Below the pieces are notes generated by a model that was given only the letters and a program-made list of their open reading frames with translations, ran no database searches and was not told the DNA's origin. DNA of 58,938 nucleotides, from NCBI GenBank assembly GCA_015523565.1, contig WAKA01000122.1:1-58938 (forward strand), read 5' to 3'. The stretch is from Candidatus Heimdallarchaeota archaeon (GTDB lineage: Archaea > Asgardarchaeota > Heimdallarchaeia > Heimdallarchaeales > Kariarchaeaceae). The translations under genes and the position numbers were made by a program. Numbering within the stretch: the first letter of the stretch is position 1; the number at the start of each line of letters is the position of its first letter. Of this stretch, positions 7,066-16,418 are shown in pieces.

Positions 7066-9009
7066 GTGAAGTACCAAACAATTATCCTCCTGTTATTTAT
7101 CCCATTTGCATCGTTTCTACCCACTTATGCAAATTATGCGGATTTGGATGGATCTGCGATAATAGCGCCAAACACAGTGCAATCAGGCAAGGAAGTCATC
7201 ATTGATATCTATGTGGCAAATAGTACAAACAGTCCAATACAAGGCGCTACCGTTTCAATAATGGCATCAAATGGAACATTTCTTTCAGTCGTTAATGGTG
7301 ACCCGCCTACATTTTTGGATAATTTGACAGTTGAAGCAGTAAGTAATGCTTCAGGTTATGTCAGAGTATTATGGAAAGCACCAATTACAAATTTCCTGTT
7401 TCCAACCATAGACATACAGTTCGTTGCAGATGTTTTCTATCAATCAGAAGGAATTTCAATTACACTAATACATAATCTCGTAGTATCAGAACCAGATGTG
7501 AGCATGATACAGAACATTGCCACAAATATGACTTCTGAAATTCAGGCAGGAAGTACCTTATCCATAAAAACAGAAATCAAGGACACCCAAAACCAACCTG
7601 CAACGGGTGTACAAGTAACAATGCAAACAGGTGTCGGCAATTTCTCAGAAACACAGCAATCACAAGTGCAGAAAATCACCAATGAGAACGGGATTGTGAT
7701 TGCCTCTTGGCAAGCGCCAAATCTTACAATTGACAATCCAATAGTCAATGATACTTTGGACATCTTTGTTGAAGCGGCACCAAATGTCAATAATTCCATT
7801 TCAGTTCCTTTTGCAGTTCTCCTTACCGCCAACGGAACAATCACTTTGAACATATTTTCACCAGAAAAAGTCAATGAAAGCCAGATTGTATCATTGGCAT
7901 TCAATGTCAATTATGGAAATACATCGGCTAGTGGAGCAGAAATTCAGATATCCGCAGAAAGGGGACTGTTCAACAATGATCAGGGAAGCTTTTCCCTTTC
8001 TGATAAAATTCTTGTTGCAAATGAAACTGGGTTTGCCCAGACACAATGGCAAGCACCAATATTAGATGGCAACAATGCGGAAATTAGTGTCTTCTCAGTC
8101 ATTGTTCAATATGGTGAAAAATCAATATTTGACCAATTTGAAATTTCAGTCAGTCCCATATTGTCAAAAGCAAGTATCCAATGGCTTTCTGAAACAGAGG
8201 GATGGATACAGAACAAGACAATTCCAGTAAAACTCAAGGTGCTTGATCCGTCAACTGCTCTCCCCATAGAAAATGCGACGGTTCAATTGTCATCTGAAAT
8301 TGGAATTTGGAACGAGACACATACATCTACAGTGGAATTGCTCACTAGTACTGATGGGATTGCAATTGCCCATTTAGACCTTTCAGATGTCAGTTTTGAG
8401 TTTGAGTTCAATGAAGTGCAAATACTTGCCACAGTGGCTGGCAAGAAATTGACTACAATTACATCAAACATAACATTGAATGTCCAAAGAGTCATCACAT
8501 ATCCTGAAGGAACATCCACAATATCCAAGTCAACAATTTCACAAGGAGAAAATGTCACTGTTTCTGTAAGCGTTACACAAAATGGTCTGAAGGCACAAGG
8601 AATTACTGTTGAATTGATTGCAACGGCAGGAAGCTTTCCGCAATCCCAATCAGGCATAAAAACAACATATAGAATAAAAACAGACGCCAATGGAGAAGTA
8701 AAAGCAATATGGGCAGCATCCGACCTACCAGCATCATCAAATGACAATTTGACCATATATATAACAGTCAATTTGATATATGAAGGAAAATCAATTGAGG
8801 TAAATATCCACAAAATTGATGTCTTAATTCCTAAAAAGACTACAGAAGCAAATCAAAAAGAGACTGCAACAAACCCATTTGAATCAGCTGATCTATCAGA
8901 TCCTGGAAACAAGCAGACACAATTGCTTGGAAGTACAGTACTGATAGGTGTTATTTTAGGAGCTTCTGTTGGCGTAATAGTCATAATGAGAAAAGTCAAG
9001 AAAGCATAA
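7066..9009 (+). CDS. Secreted Ig-like (Big_1-type) surface protein with about 5 domains and a C-terminal TM anchor; paralog of 2855..4048
   Basis: GTG start after GAGGTG; signal peptide; repeated G-A-x-V...G-x-F...T-N-x-x-G...W-x-A-P units; C-terminal TM LLGSTVLIGVILGASVGVIVIM followed by RKVKKA. Confidence 0.75.
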   Translation: MKYQTIILLLFIPFASFLPTYANYADLDGSAIIAPNTVQSGKEVIIDIYVANSTNSPIQGATVSIMASNGTFLSVVNGDPPTFLDNLTVEAVSNASGYVRVLWKAPITNFLFPTIDIQFVADVFYQSEGISITLIHNLVVSEPDVSMIQNIATNMTSEIQAGSTLSIKTEIKDTQNQPATGVQVTMQTGVGNFSETQQSQVQKITNENGIVIASWQAPNLTIDNPIVNDTLDIFVEAAPNVNNSISVPFAVLLTANGTITLNIFSPEKVNESQIVSLAFNVNYGNTSASGAEIQISAERGLFNNDQGSFSLSDKILVANETGFAQTQWQAPILDGNNAEISVFSVIVQYGEKSIFDQFEISVSPILSKASIQWLSETEGWIQNKTIPVKLKVLDPSTALPIENATVQLSSEIGIWNETHTSTVELLTSTDGIAIAHLDLSDVSFEFEFNEVQILATVAGKKLTTITSNITLNVQRVITYPEGTSTISKSTISQGENVTVSVSVTQNGLKAQGITVELIATAGSFPQSQSGIKTTYRIKTDANGEVKAIWAASDLPASSNDNLTIYITVNLIYEGKSIEVNIHKIDVLIPKKTTEANQKETATNPFESADLSDPGNKQTQLLGSTVLIGVILGASVGVIVIMRKVKKA

Positions 9010-9125
9010 GACCGATACAAAAATCCCCCATACATTTAACATTTTTATGACAAAAAACCATTCTTGCAAGAAAACATCGATAAGCCTTTAATGGGATTGT
9101 TTCCCCCTAGCATTGGAGATAATCT

Positions 9126-9317
9126 GTGAAGCTACATCAAAGGCTATTCTTTTATACAATGATTATTATGGGGATTACATTTCTTATCATAGGGTATGCC
9201 CTTGATGAGTCAAAGATCCTTGAAACAGTAGATAACAGTCGCCTTGAAAGACTTGGCGCCTGGAGAGATTTTTTGACCACATGGCTATGGGGAATGAACC
9301 CCCCCAATAATCCATAG
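9126..9317 (+). CDS. Small single-pass membrane protein, probably co-transcribed with the downstream 4Fe-4S protein
   Basis: GTG start after GGAG; one hydrophobic helix; its TAG stop overlaps the SD (GGTGAGG) of the next gene. Confidence 0.55.
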   Translation: MKLHQRLFFYTMIIMGITFLIIGYALDESKILETVDNSRLERLGAWRDFLTTWLWGMNPPNNP

Positions 9318-9326
9318 GTGAGGCAT

Positions 9327-10271
9327 ATGTCAACAGCAAACAATCCAGAAACGAATTTCTTTGCCAATTGGCTCAATACTTTATCACATAAAAGAATCAG
9401 GATGTTAAGATTGTTAACGCAAATAACATTCTTTTTAGTCCTCAATGGAGCTTTTCTCAAGCTGAAAAGAATGCCATTGCCCCTTCCTGTCCATATACCG
9501 CCTGGGAGCCCATATGCAATTGCTTGGGGTGGGTTTAGTGCCATACAGTTCATATTGTCCAGTGGACAATTCCCGTTTTTTGCGTTAGGGATATTCTTCA
9601 TCACAGGAGCGATAAGCGGAAGGCTTTTCTGCGGATGGGTTTGCCCAGTTGGATTTTGGCAGGATATTCTTGATTTTATAGGCTCCATCAGCAGGATTCC
9701 TAAATTTCAGGTAACGAGAAAAACGGATGAAGGCTTTAAGGAAATCCCCATGACATTGGCAGTTGCCGCTTTTGTGTGGAGCTCGTGGATGGGGATATCT
9801 AGACTTAAAGGAGAACTGGTTGCAGACAATGCCTTTTCAAGAATGATATTTGATGCGGTGGATCCAGCGGGAACATTATTTGTCACATGGTTTTACGCCA
9901 TTTTCTGGAAAATAGTCCCTGGAAAAGACAGCTTTTTCTCAGATGTGGGTTCGGATCTTAATTTCGTGATTTTCAATTCCATAGTACTTGTTGCAGTATT
10001 GATTATGTCTCTCAAAGTCCCAAGATTTTATTGCCGATATATTTGTCCAACTGGAGCGCTTCTAGGATATTGCAGTCAAGCAAGCCTCTTGACTATCAAA
10101 AGAAATCCTTTGAATTGTGAGGAAGGTTGCCGGGAATGTGAAAGAGCTTGTCCAATGAAAGTTCCATTAACTGAGTTTGGACTTGAAGGCATTTCAGACC
10201 AAGCATGCATTCAATGTGGGGACTGTATAGATAAATGTCCAGAAGCCCTTTCATTTGGAATAAGAATTTGA
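9327..10271 (+). CDS. NapH/MauN/YccM-like membrane polyferredoxin (4Fe-4S binding protein)
   Basis: Two CxxxCP motifs (GRLFCGWVCPVG, RFYCRYICPTG), C-terminal CxxxCxxCxxxCP and CxxCxxCxxxCP, and several TM helices. Confidence 0.9.
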   Translation: MSTANNPETNFFANWLNTLSHKRIRMLRLLTQITFFLVLNGAFLKLKRMPLPLPVHIPPGSPYAIAWGGFSAIQFILSSGQFPFFALGIFFITGAISGRLFCGWVCPVGFWQDILDFIGSISRIPKFQVTRKTDEGFKEIPMTLAVAAFVWSSWMGISRLKGELVADNAFSRMIFDAVDPAGTLFVTWFYAIFWKIVPGKDSFFSDVGSDLNFVIFNSIVLVAVLIMSLKVPRFYCRYICPTGALLGYCSQASLLTIKRNPLNCEEGCRECERACPMKVPLTEFGLEGISDQACIQCGDCIDKCPEALSFGIRI

Positions 10272-10368
10272 AATTGAAATTTTCCGAGTGTAAAGTTGGA
10301 TGAAATTGTGCAACCAATAGGTAGCGTTTAAAATAGGTTCGTTCATTTCAAGTTAGGAGCAGAAAAAC

Positions 10369-10755
10369 ATGTCATCTCAAACATTGAACCTAAGAGAAGA
10401 CCTGAAAACAATCATGGCAGAATACAAAAAATTGAATCCAAGACTCAGAAGGTTAGACGTTGCAATATTAGGGTTGACAGGATTATTCATCGTTAATTTT
10501 CTGATTGTCACCATCGCAAAAGAAGTGGATGCATTCACTATTTTGGCAACTCCCGCAAACATGGCCCTTATGGCATTTCCATTAGCCATGGCAGGATTAC
10601 TTATGTTTGTGAGAATTGATGTCACAAGAACCTTCAAAAAAGGAGTGAAACAGGAAGACAAGGACGCCATCATGAAGAAAAGCCTTCTTGATCTGCAGAT
10701 AGGTGCAGGAATCATTGCATTATTGCTTCTTGTAGCAGTTTTTTTCCCTTATTAG
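10369..10755 (+). CDS. Hypothetical membrane protein (3 TM)
   Basis: SD AGGAG, upstream TATA-like TTTAAAA and three hydrophobic segments. Confidence 0.6.
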   Translation: MSSQTLNLREDLKTIMAEYKKLNPRLRRLDVAILGLTGLFIVNFLIVTIAKEVDAFTILATPANMALMAFPLAMAGLLMFVRIDVTRTFKKGVKQEDKDAIMKKSLLDLQIGAGIIALLLLVAVFFPY

Positions 10756-10839
10756 AATTCAATCAGCATTTGCGACAAAACAAAATAATCTAAAAAATTG
10801 AACAATAAAAATATGATACAATAATTCTATTAAGATAAA

Positions 10840-11154
10840 TTAGAGTTTTCTGAAAATTTCGTATCTCTTTGCTCTTGGACGGTTCAAAACAGCAACTTTT
10901 CCGCATGTAGGACAAGTGATCCTTAAATCAATCTTTTTACTTGTTTTCGAAGCCATTTTTGTTTGGGTAACTGGTTTCTTGGAGTACCTACCCAAGTTAC
11001 CATGACCCCTTCTTCTATGCTTTTGTCGTCTGTGGCTCCAGTTGAGACCACCAGATCTCCTACCACCTTTTTCTTGTTTTACTTTTCCTTCAACATGGGT
11101 CTGGCATTTTCTGCAATATACTTTAATTTTATCTGGAATTCTAGCCATATTCAT
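10840..11154 (-). CDS. rpl44e: 50S ribosomal protein L44e (eL42)
   Basis: IPDKIKVYCRKCQTH...KTSKKIDLRITCPTCGK zinc ribbon; highly basic. Confidence 0.92.
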   Translation of the reverse strand: MNMARIPDKIKVYCRKCQTHVEGKVKQEKGGRRSGGLNWSHRRQKHRRRGHGNLGRYSKKPVTQTKMASKTSKKIDLRITCPTCGKVAVLNRPRAKRYEIFRKL

Positions 11155-11330
11155 CACTTGTTACGTACAAGGTTCCTTCCGATTCCAGTTAATTAAAATT
11201 ATCGATAACAAACTCCCAATATTCTTCTTGATTGAATTTTTTGTCAATGATGTGTCAATTTTCATTCTACATACATTTTTATCATTGATTGAGTAAGTAT
11301 TTTTGCATGAAACCAAAATTTCCTTTTGAC

Positions 11331-12212
11331 ATGACAAAAAACGAAACACCCAAAATCAATAAAAAGAAAATGGAAAAAGCCTACAAGGTTTCTTCTAAAT
11401 TAGTCAGAGATAGGCTTATCCAAGAAGACGAAATGAATGCAGAACGTTTGAAAAAAATTTCAGAGAGTGACATTATTGTCATCAAAGGCACATACGACCA
11501 TATCCATCTAGTTTTACAAAGCTCAGGGATTCCCTTCACTGAAATCACGGAAGACCAATTGTTAAATGTAGAATTAAATCCAAAACAAACAATTTTTGTC
11601 AATTGCGCCTCAAACAATAAACCAGAAGTTGCAAGAAAGCTGTCTACATTTGTCAGAGATGGGGGATTGTTGATCACAACAGATTGGGCATTAAAATATA
11701 TTTTAGAAGTGGGATTTCCAGGATATGTAAAATATAACATGAGAGCAACAGCAGATGAAGTGGTCAGAATTGAGGTACTTGATCGTGAAAATCCCATCAT
11801 GAAAGGTTTTTTAGATGAGGAAAAGGATGCAGAACCCATGTGGTGGCTTGAAGGAAGCTCCTATCCAATTGAAATAATTAACAAGGAAAAAGTGAAGGTC
11901 TTAGTTCGTTCAAAGGAACTAGGTGAAAAATATGGGGCAGATCCAGTTATCATTCATTTTGAATATGGAAATGGAAATGTCTACCACATGATAAGCCATT
12001 TTTATCTGCAAAGAACCGAAACAAGAAGTGAAAAACAAAAGAGCAGTGCAAAAGAATATGCAATGAAAAAGAATGCATCTTTAGAAACAATCAGTGAGTT
12101 TGAGGAATTGGAAGATTTAGATTATGGCACTGTTCAAAGCGCCACCACATCCTCAGAATTCATTAACCGGATGATTATTGAACAGCAAAAGAAATATGAA
12201 AAAGAAAAATGA
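11331..12212 (+). CDS. Conserved hypothetical protein, probable class I glutamine amidotransferase-like fold
   Basis: IIVIKGTYDHI, IFVNC, FVRDGGLLITTDWAL and YGNGNVYH resemble GATase1-like domains. The start codon is uncertain. Confidence 0.5.
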   Translation: MTKNETPKINKKKMEKAYKVSSKLVRDRLIQEDEMNAERLKKISESDIIVIKGTYDHIHLVLQSSGIPFTEITEDQLLNVELNPKQTIFVNCASNNKPEVARKLSTFVRDGGLLITTDWALKYILEVGFPGYVKYNMRATADEVVRIEVLDRENPIMKGFLDEEKDAEPMWWLEGSSYPIEIINKEKVKVLVRSKELGEKYGADPVIIHFEYGNGNVYHMISHFYLQRTETRSEKQKSSAKEYAMKKNASLETISEFEELEDLDYGTVQSATTSSEFINRMIIEQQKKYEKEK

Positions 12213-12228
12213 AATAATTGGAAAGATG

Positions 12229-12273
12229 ATTTTCGAACAGCATATCTCATTTTCGGACAAAAAATTAATAAAG
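12229..12273 (+). promoter_or_regulatory. Direct repeat ATTTTCG(A/G)ACA x2 abutting the BRE/TATA of the Hsp20 operon; putative regulatory site
   Basis: ATTTTCGAACA at 12229-12239 and ATTTTCGGACA at 12249-12259, followed by AAAAATTAATAAAG. Confidence 0.45.
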
Positions 12274-12337
12274 GATAAAGTGCTATGTTAACATGACTAC
12301 CACACCATGGCTACAATAGCAAGCGGAGGTGAAAGCC

Positions 12338-12697
12338 ATGCTGGCAAGAACATTGGAGGAACTCTTCAAGCCATTCAAAACCCTTGCTGATTTTGATTGG
12401 GAGGAGCCATGGACTGACCAACCATTCAGCAATGTCTATTATGACCATGACTCCAATACTTGGACTGTCGAGGTAGAACTCCCTGGAATGACCAAGGATG
12501 ATGTGACCATCAAGGTTGTTGACGGCAACTTGGTCATCAATGCCAAAAATGAGGAGCTTGGTAAAGAATTCAATGCCCAATACTACCTCGGCAGGGAAAT
12601 CGACCAAGATTCCATGGAGGCGAAAATGGAGAATGGATTGTTAATCATCACAGCAAAGATCCACTCTCCAGAAGAGAAAATAATTAAGATTAATTGA
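12338..12697 (+). CDS. hsp20: Small heat shock protein (Hsp20/alpha-crystallin)
   Basis: VELPGMTKDDVTIKV...L.I.A...AKMENGLLIIT; strong SD GGAGGTGA. Confidence 0.92.
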   Translation: MLARTLEELFKPFKTLADFDWEEPWTDQPFSNVYYDHDSNTWTVEVELPGMTKDDVTIKVVDGNLVINAKNEELGKEFNAQYYLGREIDQDSMEAKMENGLLIITAKIHSPEEKIIKIN

Positions 12698-12711
12698 AGG
12701 AGGGATGAAAA

Positions 12712-13074
12712 ATGGCCGAAACACAACTTGCAAAAAGGGAAACCCAAGAGATTACAACAACAGAAGAGAAAAAGGTTGATACCAGAACCCCACCCCTTAG
12801 GATTCCTCGCGTTACAGTAACCCGCAATGAAAAAACAGAAGTATATACAATTGTTGCGGAGATGCCAGGAATTGGAAAGGATGATGTTGAAATCAAGTTA
12901 AAGGACAATGAACTTACCATCAAAGGACTTAACGATCATAGGTTCTTCAAGAGAACTTTCACCTTCAGGTATCCCATCAGACCTGAGGATGTAGATGCAA
13001 ACATGGTTAATGGAATCCTTACATTGACTGTCAAGCCATATGAGGGTGAAAGTCATATCATTAAAGTGAAATAA
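12712..13074 (+). CDS. hsp20: Small heat shock protein (Hsp20), second copy
   Basis: AEMPGIGKDDVEIKL...FKRTF...ANMVNGILTLTV; SD GGAGG. Confidence 0.92.
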   Translation: MAETQLAKRETQEITTTEEKKVDTRTPPLRIPRVTVTRNEKTEVYTIVAEMPGIGKDDVEIKLKDNELTIKGLNDHRFFKRTFTFRYPIRPEDVDANMVNGILTLTVKPYEGESHIIKVK

Positions 13075-13187
13075 GCCTACAACTTTCTTCATTCATGATT
13101 GATTATCATTAAATTTTATCCTTGAATTTTATCAAGATTTTAATTTATCCAATAATTATTTTTATAGATAATCTCATTTGAAAAAAC

Positions 13188-14885
13188 ATGAGTGAAGAAA
13201 AAATTCCAATGCCTTGGTTAAAGACCTTGGAAGGTGTCAGGAAGACCCATCTTGAATACAGGTTGGTACCTCCATTCACATTTGTTAAAGAACGAGCCAC
13301 AAATGAACCAAATGATATTTCGATCATCCCTTACAAAGGGAAACCAATCAGCTATGCAGAATTGCTTGAAGACATTAAACGCATGCATGTGGCTCTTAAA
13401 GACCTAGGAGTTTCAAAGGGAGACAGAATTGCAATCATGCTTCCCAATATCCCACAATATATTATTGCCCATTATGCAATATTGTCTCTTGGAGGAATTG
13501 TTGTCCAAACGAACCCTCTTTATACAGAAAGAGAGCTTAACCATCAAATGAATGATTCAGGAGCCAAGATCATGATCACCTTTTCCCAACTCCAAGACAA
13601 GGCAAAGAAAGTGATGGAAACAACTCCCATTGAAAAAGTGATCATAACAAATCTTGGAGATTATATGAAATCAATAGTGGTATTCCTTGGGAAACTTTTG
13701 AAAAAACTTGACGATCCAAAGTTCAAGCCTTACCAGAATCATTATCTTTGGAAGGATTTGATGTCAAAAGCTGATCCGAATGATTTCAAGGAAGAAGAGG
13801 TTAACTTGGATGATGTTGCAATCCTTCAATATACTGGAGGAACAACAGGTCTTTCCAAAGGAGCCATGCTAACCCATAAGAATGTCTCTGTAAACGCACA
13901 ACAGTCAAGGGAGATTTTCAACACAGTGAAGGACAAGGAGGGGAGCCTTTTGACAGTTTTACCCATGTTTCATAGCTTTGGGCTGACGGCTTGCATGAAT
14001 ATGTCATTCCAATTGGGAGTGCCAGTCGTTTTAATGCCTAAATTCAATGCATCCGAAGCTTTGAAATTAATTGAGAAACACAAGATTACATTTTTCCCAG
14101 CAGTACCCGCCATGTTGGTGGCTCTTTTGAATGATCCAGTGATAAAGGACGTTGATCTTTCCTCATTAACTGCGGTCATTTCAGGAGGAGCACCATTGCC
14201 GATCGAGGTTGCAAAACAATTTAGCCAAGTAACAGATGCAGATTTGGTTGAAGGATATGGATTGTCAGAAACCTCACCTGTTGCATTTGCAAATCCAGTA
14301 GGATCTAAAAAGATCCGACCTAAAATCGGAAGCATTGGATTGCCTGCCCCTGACACATTGGCAAAAATCGTTGATACTGAAGATTATAATAAGACCTTAC
14401 CTATTGGCGAAGTAGGGGAAATTTGCCTAAAGGGACCACAAGTTATGAAAGGATATTGGAACAGACCTGAAGAGACAGAGAAAACCCTGATAGACGGGTG
14501 GTTGAGGACAGGAGACATTGCAAAAATCGATGAAGAGGGGTTTGCATATATTGTGGATAGGAAGAAGGACCTAATAATTGTTTCGGGCTATAATGTTGTT
14601 CCTCGAGAAGTAGAGGAAGTCCTTTATGAATTTCCAAAAATTAAAGAAGCAGCAGTCGCAGGATTAAGCCATCCAAAGAAAGGAGAAATGGTTGCTGCAT
14701 GGGTGGTGCTTAAGGAGGGAGAGACAGCTACAGAGGAAGAGATATTCAATTATTTAAAAGAAAATCTGGCACCATATAAGCTTCCCAAAAAGATATTTTT
14801 CAAAGATGACCTGCCAAAATCAATGATTGGCAAGGTATTAAGAAGGAAGCTTAAAGAAGAATATGAGAAATCCCTAGAAAAATGA
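13188..14885 (+). CDS. fadD: Long-chain fatty acid--CoA ligase
   Basis: AMP-binding motif LQYTGGTTGLSKG, EGYGLSE, GWLRTGD, DRKKDLI and LPKSMIGKVLR. Confidence 0.93.
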   Translation: MSEEKIPMPWLKTLEGVRKTHLEYRLVPPFTFVKERATNEPNDISIIPYKGKPISYAELLEDIKRMHVALKDLGVSKGDRIAIMLPNIPQYIIAHYAILSLGGIVVQTNPLYTERELNHQMNDSGAKIMITFSQLQDKAKKVMETTPIEKVIITNLGDYMKSIVVFLGKLLKKLDDPKFKPYQNHYLWKDLMSKADPNDFKEEEVNLDDVAILQYTGGTTGLSKGAMLTHKNVSVNAQQSREIFNTVKDKEGSLLTVLPMFHSFGLTACMNMSFQLGVPVVLMPKFNASEALKLIEKHKITFFPAVPAMLVALLNDPVIKDVDLSSLTAVISGGAPLPIEVAKQFSQVTDADLVEGYGLSETSPVAFANPVGSKKIRPKIGSIGLPAPDTLAKIVDTEDYNKTLPIGEVGEICLKGPQVMKGYWNRPEETEKTLIDGWLRTGDIAKIDEEGFAYIVDRKKDLIIVSGYNVVPREVEEVLYEFPKIKEAAVAGLSHPKKGEMVAAWVVLKEGETATEEEIFNYLKENLAPYKLPKKIFFKDDLPKSMIGKVLRRKLKEEYEKSLEK

Positions 14886-14938
14886 TATTATTGTTTAACA
14901 GAACTTAAATATATTAGTAATGATAGCTTATAGGAATA

Positions 14939-16366
14939 ATGAATTCCGGAATCATTTCGGATGCATGGCTTGATAAATTCCTCAAAGAGTTTGACAATAT
15001 AATACTCAAGGGTAAATTTAAAGAGGCAAAGCAACTGATTGATGAATTCAAGAACAAGGGAAAGGATAATGACAAACTTTATCACCTCTCTTTGCTATTG
15101 GAAAGTTATTGGCATATTAGAAAAGGGAATTATAAAAACGGTTTAAGCACATTGGATATGTTTCAAGAGGCACTGCCAGAAGAGGAAATCGCAGACAGAA
15201 TTACATTAAGGCTTTTTGCATTGTTTTGGGATTTCAGTGGACTGATTGCAATCAGGGGTAGCAATTGCAAAGATGCAAGAGAAAGTATTGAGAAAGGGAT
15301 ATCATTATTGGAAAGCAATGAGATCCAATGTCCTGAATTAGGAACGCTTTACAATGATTTTGCAAATCATTTTATATGTATAGGGAATTTGAACGAAGCA
15401 AAGAAATTTTTGCTAAAAGCCATTGAAGTTTATCAGAAATTTGGCGTGAAATTGAGAATGGGGCATGCATATGCCAATCTTAGCACGGTTCATCTCCAAT
15501 TGTACAATTTTGATAAGGCAGAAGAGTTTGCCTTGAAATCAGAGAAGCTATTCAAAGAAACCAAGGCTTTTCAAGACCTTTCTTATGCCTATAGGAACTT
15601 AGGGAAAATATATGCATATAGAAATAAGTCAAGAAACGCCCTTAAATATCATACAAAATCATTAAAATTAAGAAAAAGATTTGGAACTGCTGGTGAGAAA
15701 ATTGAAAGTCTCTATTATTTGCTGTATACAATATTGATTTTTGATTTAAAAGAGGAAAAGAAGAAAGAAGCATATTGGAAAGAGTTTCAAGAATTGGTAA
15801 AGAACAATGAAAATACCAAAAGCAAGGCACTACTTCATCTTTTGCAAGGGTTATTTTTAAAGAAATCAAATGAATTGCAAAAAATGTTTTCATCTGCAGA
15901 ATATTTCAAGAAAGTCCTTGAATTGCCTTATCAAAGTCTGGAATTTGTGTATACATCTTTAACAAATCTCATTGAATTGGATTTGCTGGAACTAAAAGCG
16001 ATGCCTTACAGAAAAGATATTCTTAAAGAGTTACAAGGGTATTTCCAGCAATTGGAAAAATTAAGTAAAGAAAAGGAAAACAAGGAGCTTAACTTGATAC
16101 AAGCCATTATGCAAAGTAGGTTTTTGATGATGCAGAAAAAATATAATGAAGCATTGAATATCCTTGAAAAGGCAAAACGGCAACTAAATACAGAAGATGG
16201 GGGATTAATAAGCAAAAGGCTTCAAGATGAGTTTGACAAGCTTTTTGACAAGATCCAAAACTGGGAGGAAGGTGTTTCCAAATCTCAAGAGATGCTTAAC
16301 AGGTTAGCAAATGAGGAACTGATTAACTACATTAGAATTGCAGCAAATGTGACTAAATCGATCTAA
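14939..16366 (+). CDS. Tetratricopeptide repeat protein
   Basis: TPR-like repeats such as YNDFANHFICIGNLNEAKKFLLKAIEV and YRNLGKIYAYRNKSRNALKYHTKSLKLR. Confidence 0.8.
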   Translation: MNSGIISDAWLDKFLKEFDNIILKGKFKEAKQLIDEFKNKGKDNDKLYHLSLLLESYWHIRKGNYKNGLSTLDMFQEALPEEEIADRITLRLFALFWDFSGLIAIRGSNCKDARESIEKGISLLESNEIQCPELGTLYNDFANHFICIGNLNEAKKFLLKAIEVYQKFGVKLRMGHAYANLSTVHLQLYNFDKAEEFALKSEKLFKETKAFQDLSYAYRNLGKIYAYRNKSRNALKYHTKSLKLRKRFGTAGEKIESLYYLLYTILIFDLKEEKKKEAYWKEFQELVKNNENTKSKALLHLLQGLFLKKSNELQKMFSSAEYFKKVLELPYQSLEFVYTSLTNLIELDLLELKAMPYRKDILKELQGYFQQLEKLSKEKENKELNLIQAIMQSRFLMMQKKYNEALNILEKAKRQLNTEDGGLISKRLQDEFDKLFDKIQNWEEGVSKSQEMLNRLANEELINYIRIAANVTKSI

Positions 16367-16418
16367 TTCAGTAGTCAGGAACTTCAATTCTTATTAAGGC
16401 AAAGAAAAGGAGTAATTG

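Noticed and set aside
11150-11180. GTGATGA upstream of rpl44e as a box C element
   Set aside because: It sits at the SD/start position of the gene and has no partner box D.
9315-12319. Genome-wide amber (TAG) recoding, suggested by two in-frame TAGs (9315 and 12317)
   Set aside because: TAG ends genes at natural lengths (PIN at 41257, eIF2B-like at 58746), both downstream genes have their own SD plus ATG, and no conserved gene in the window is interrupted by TAG.
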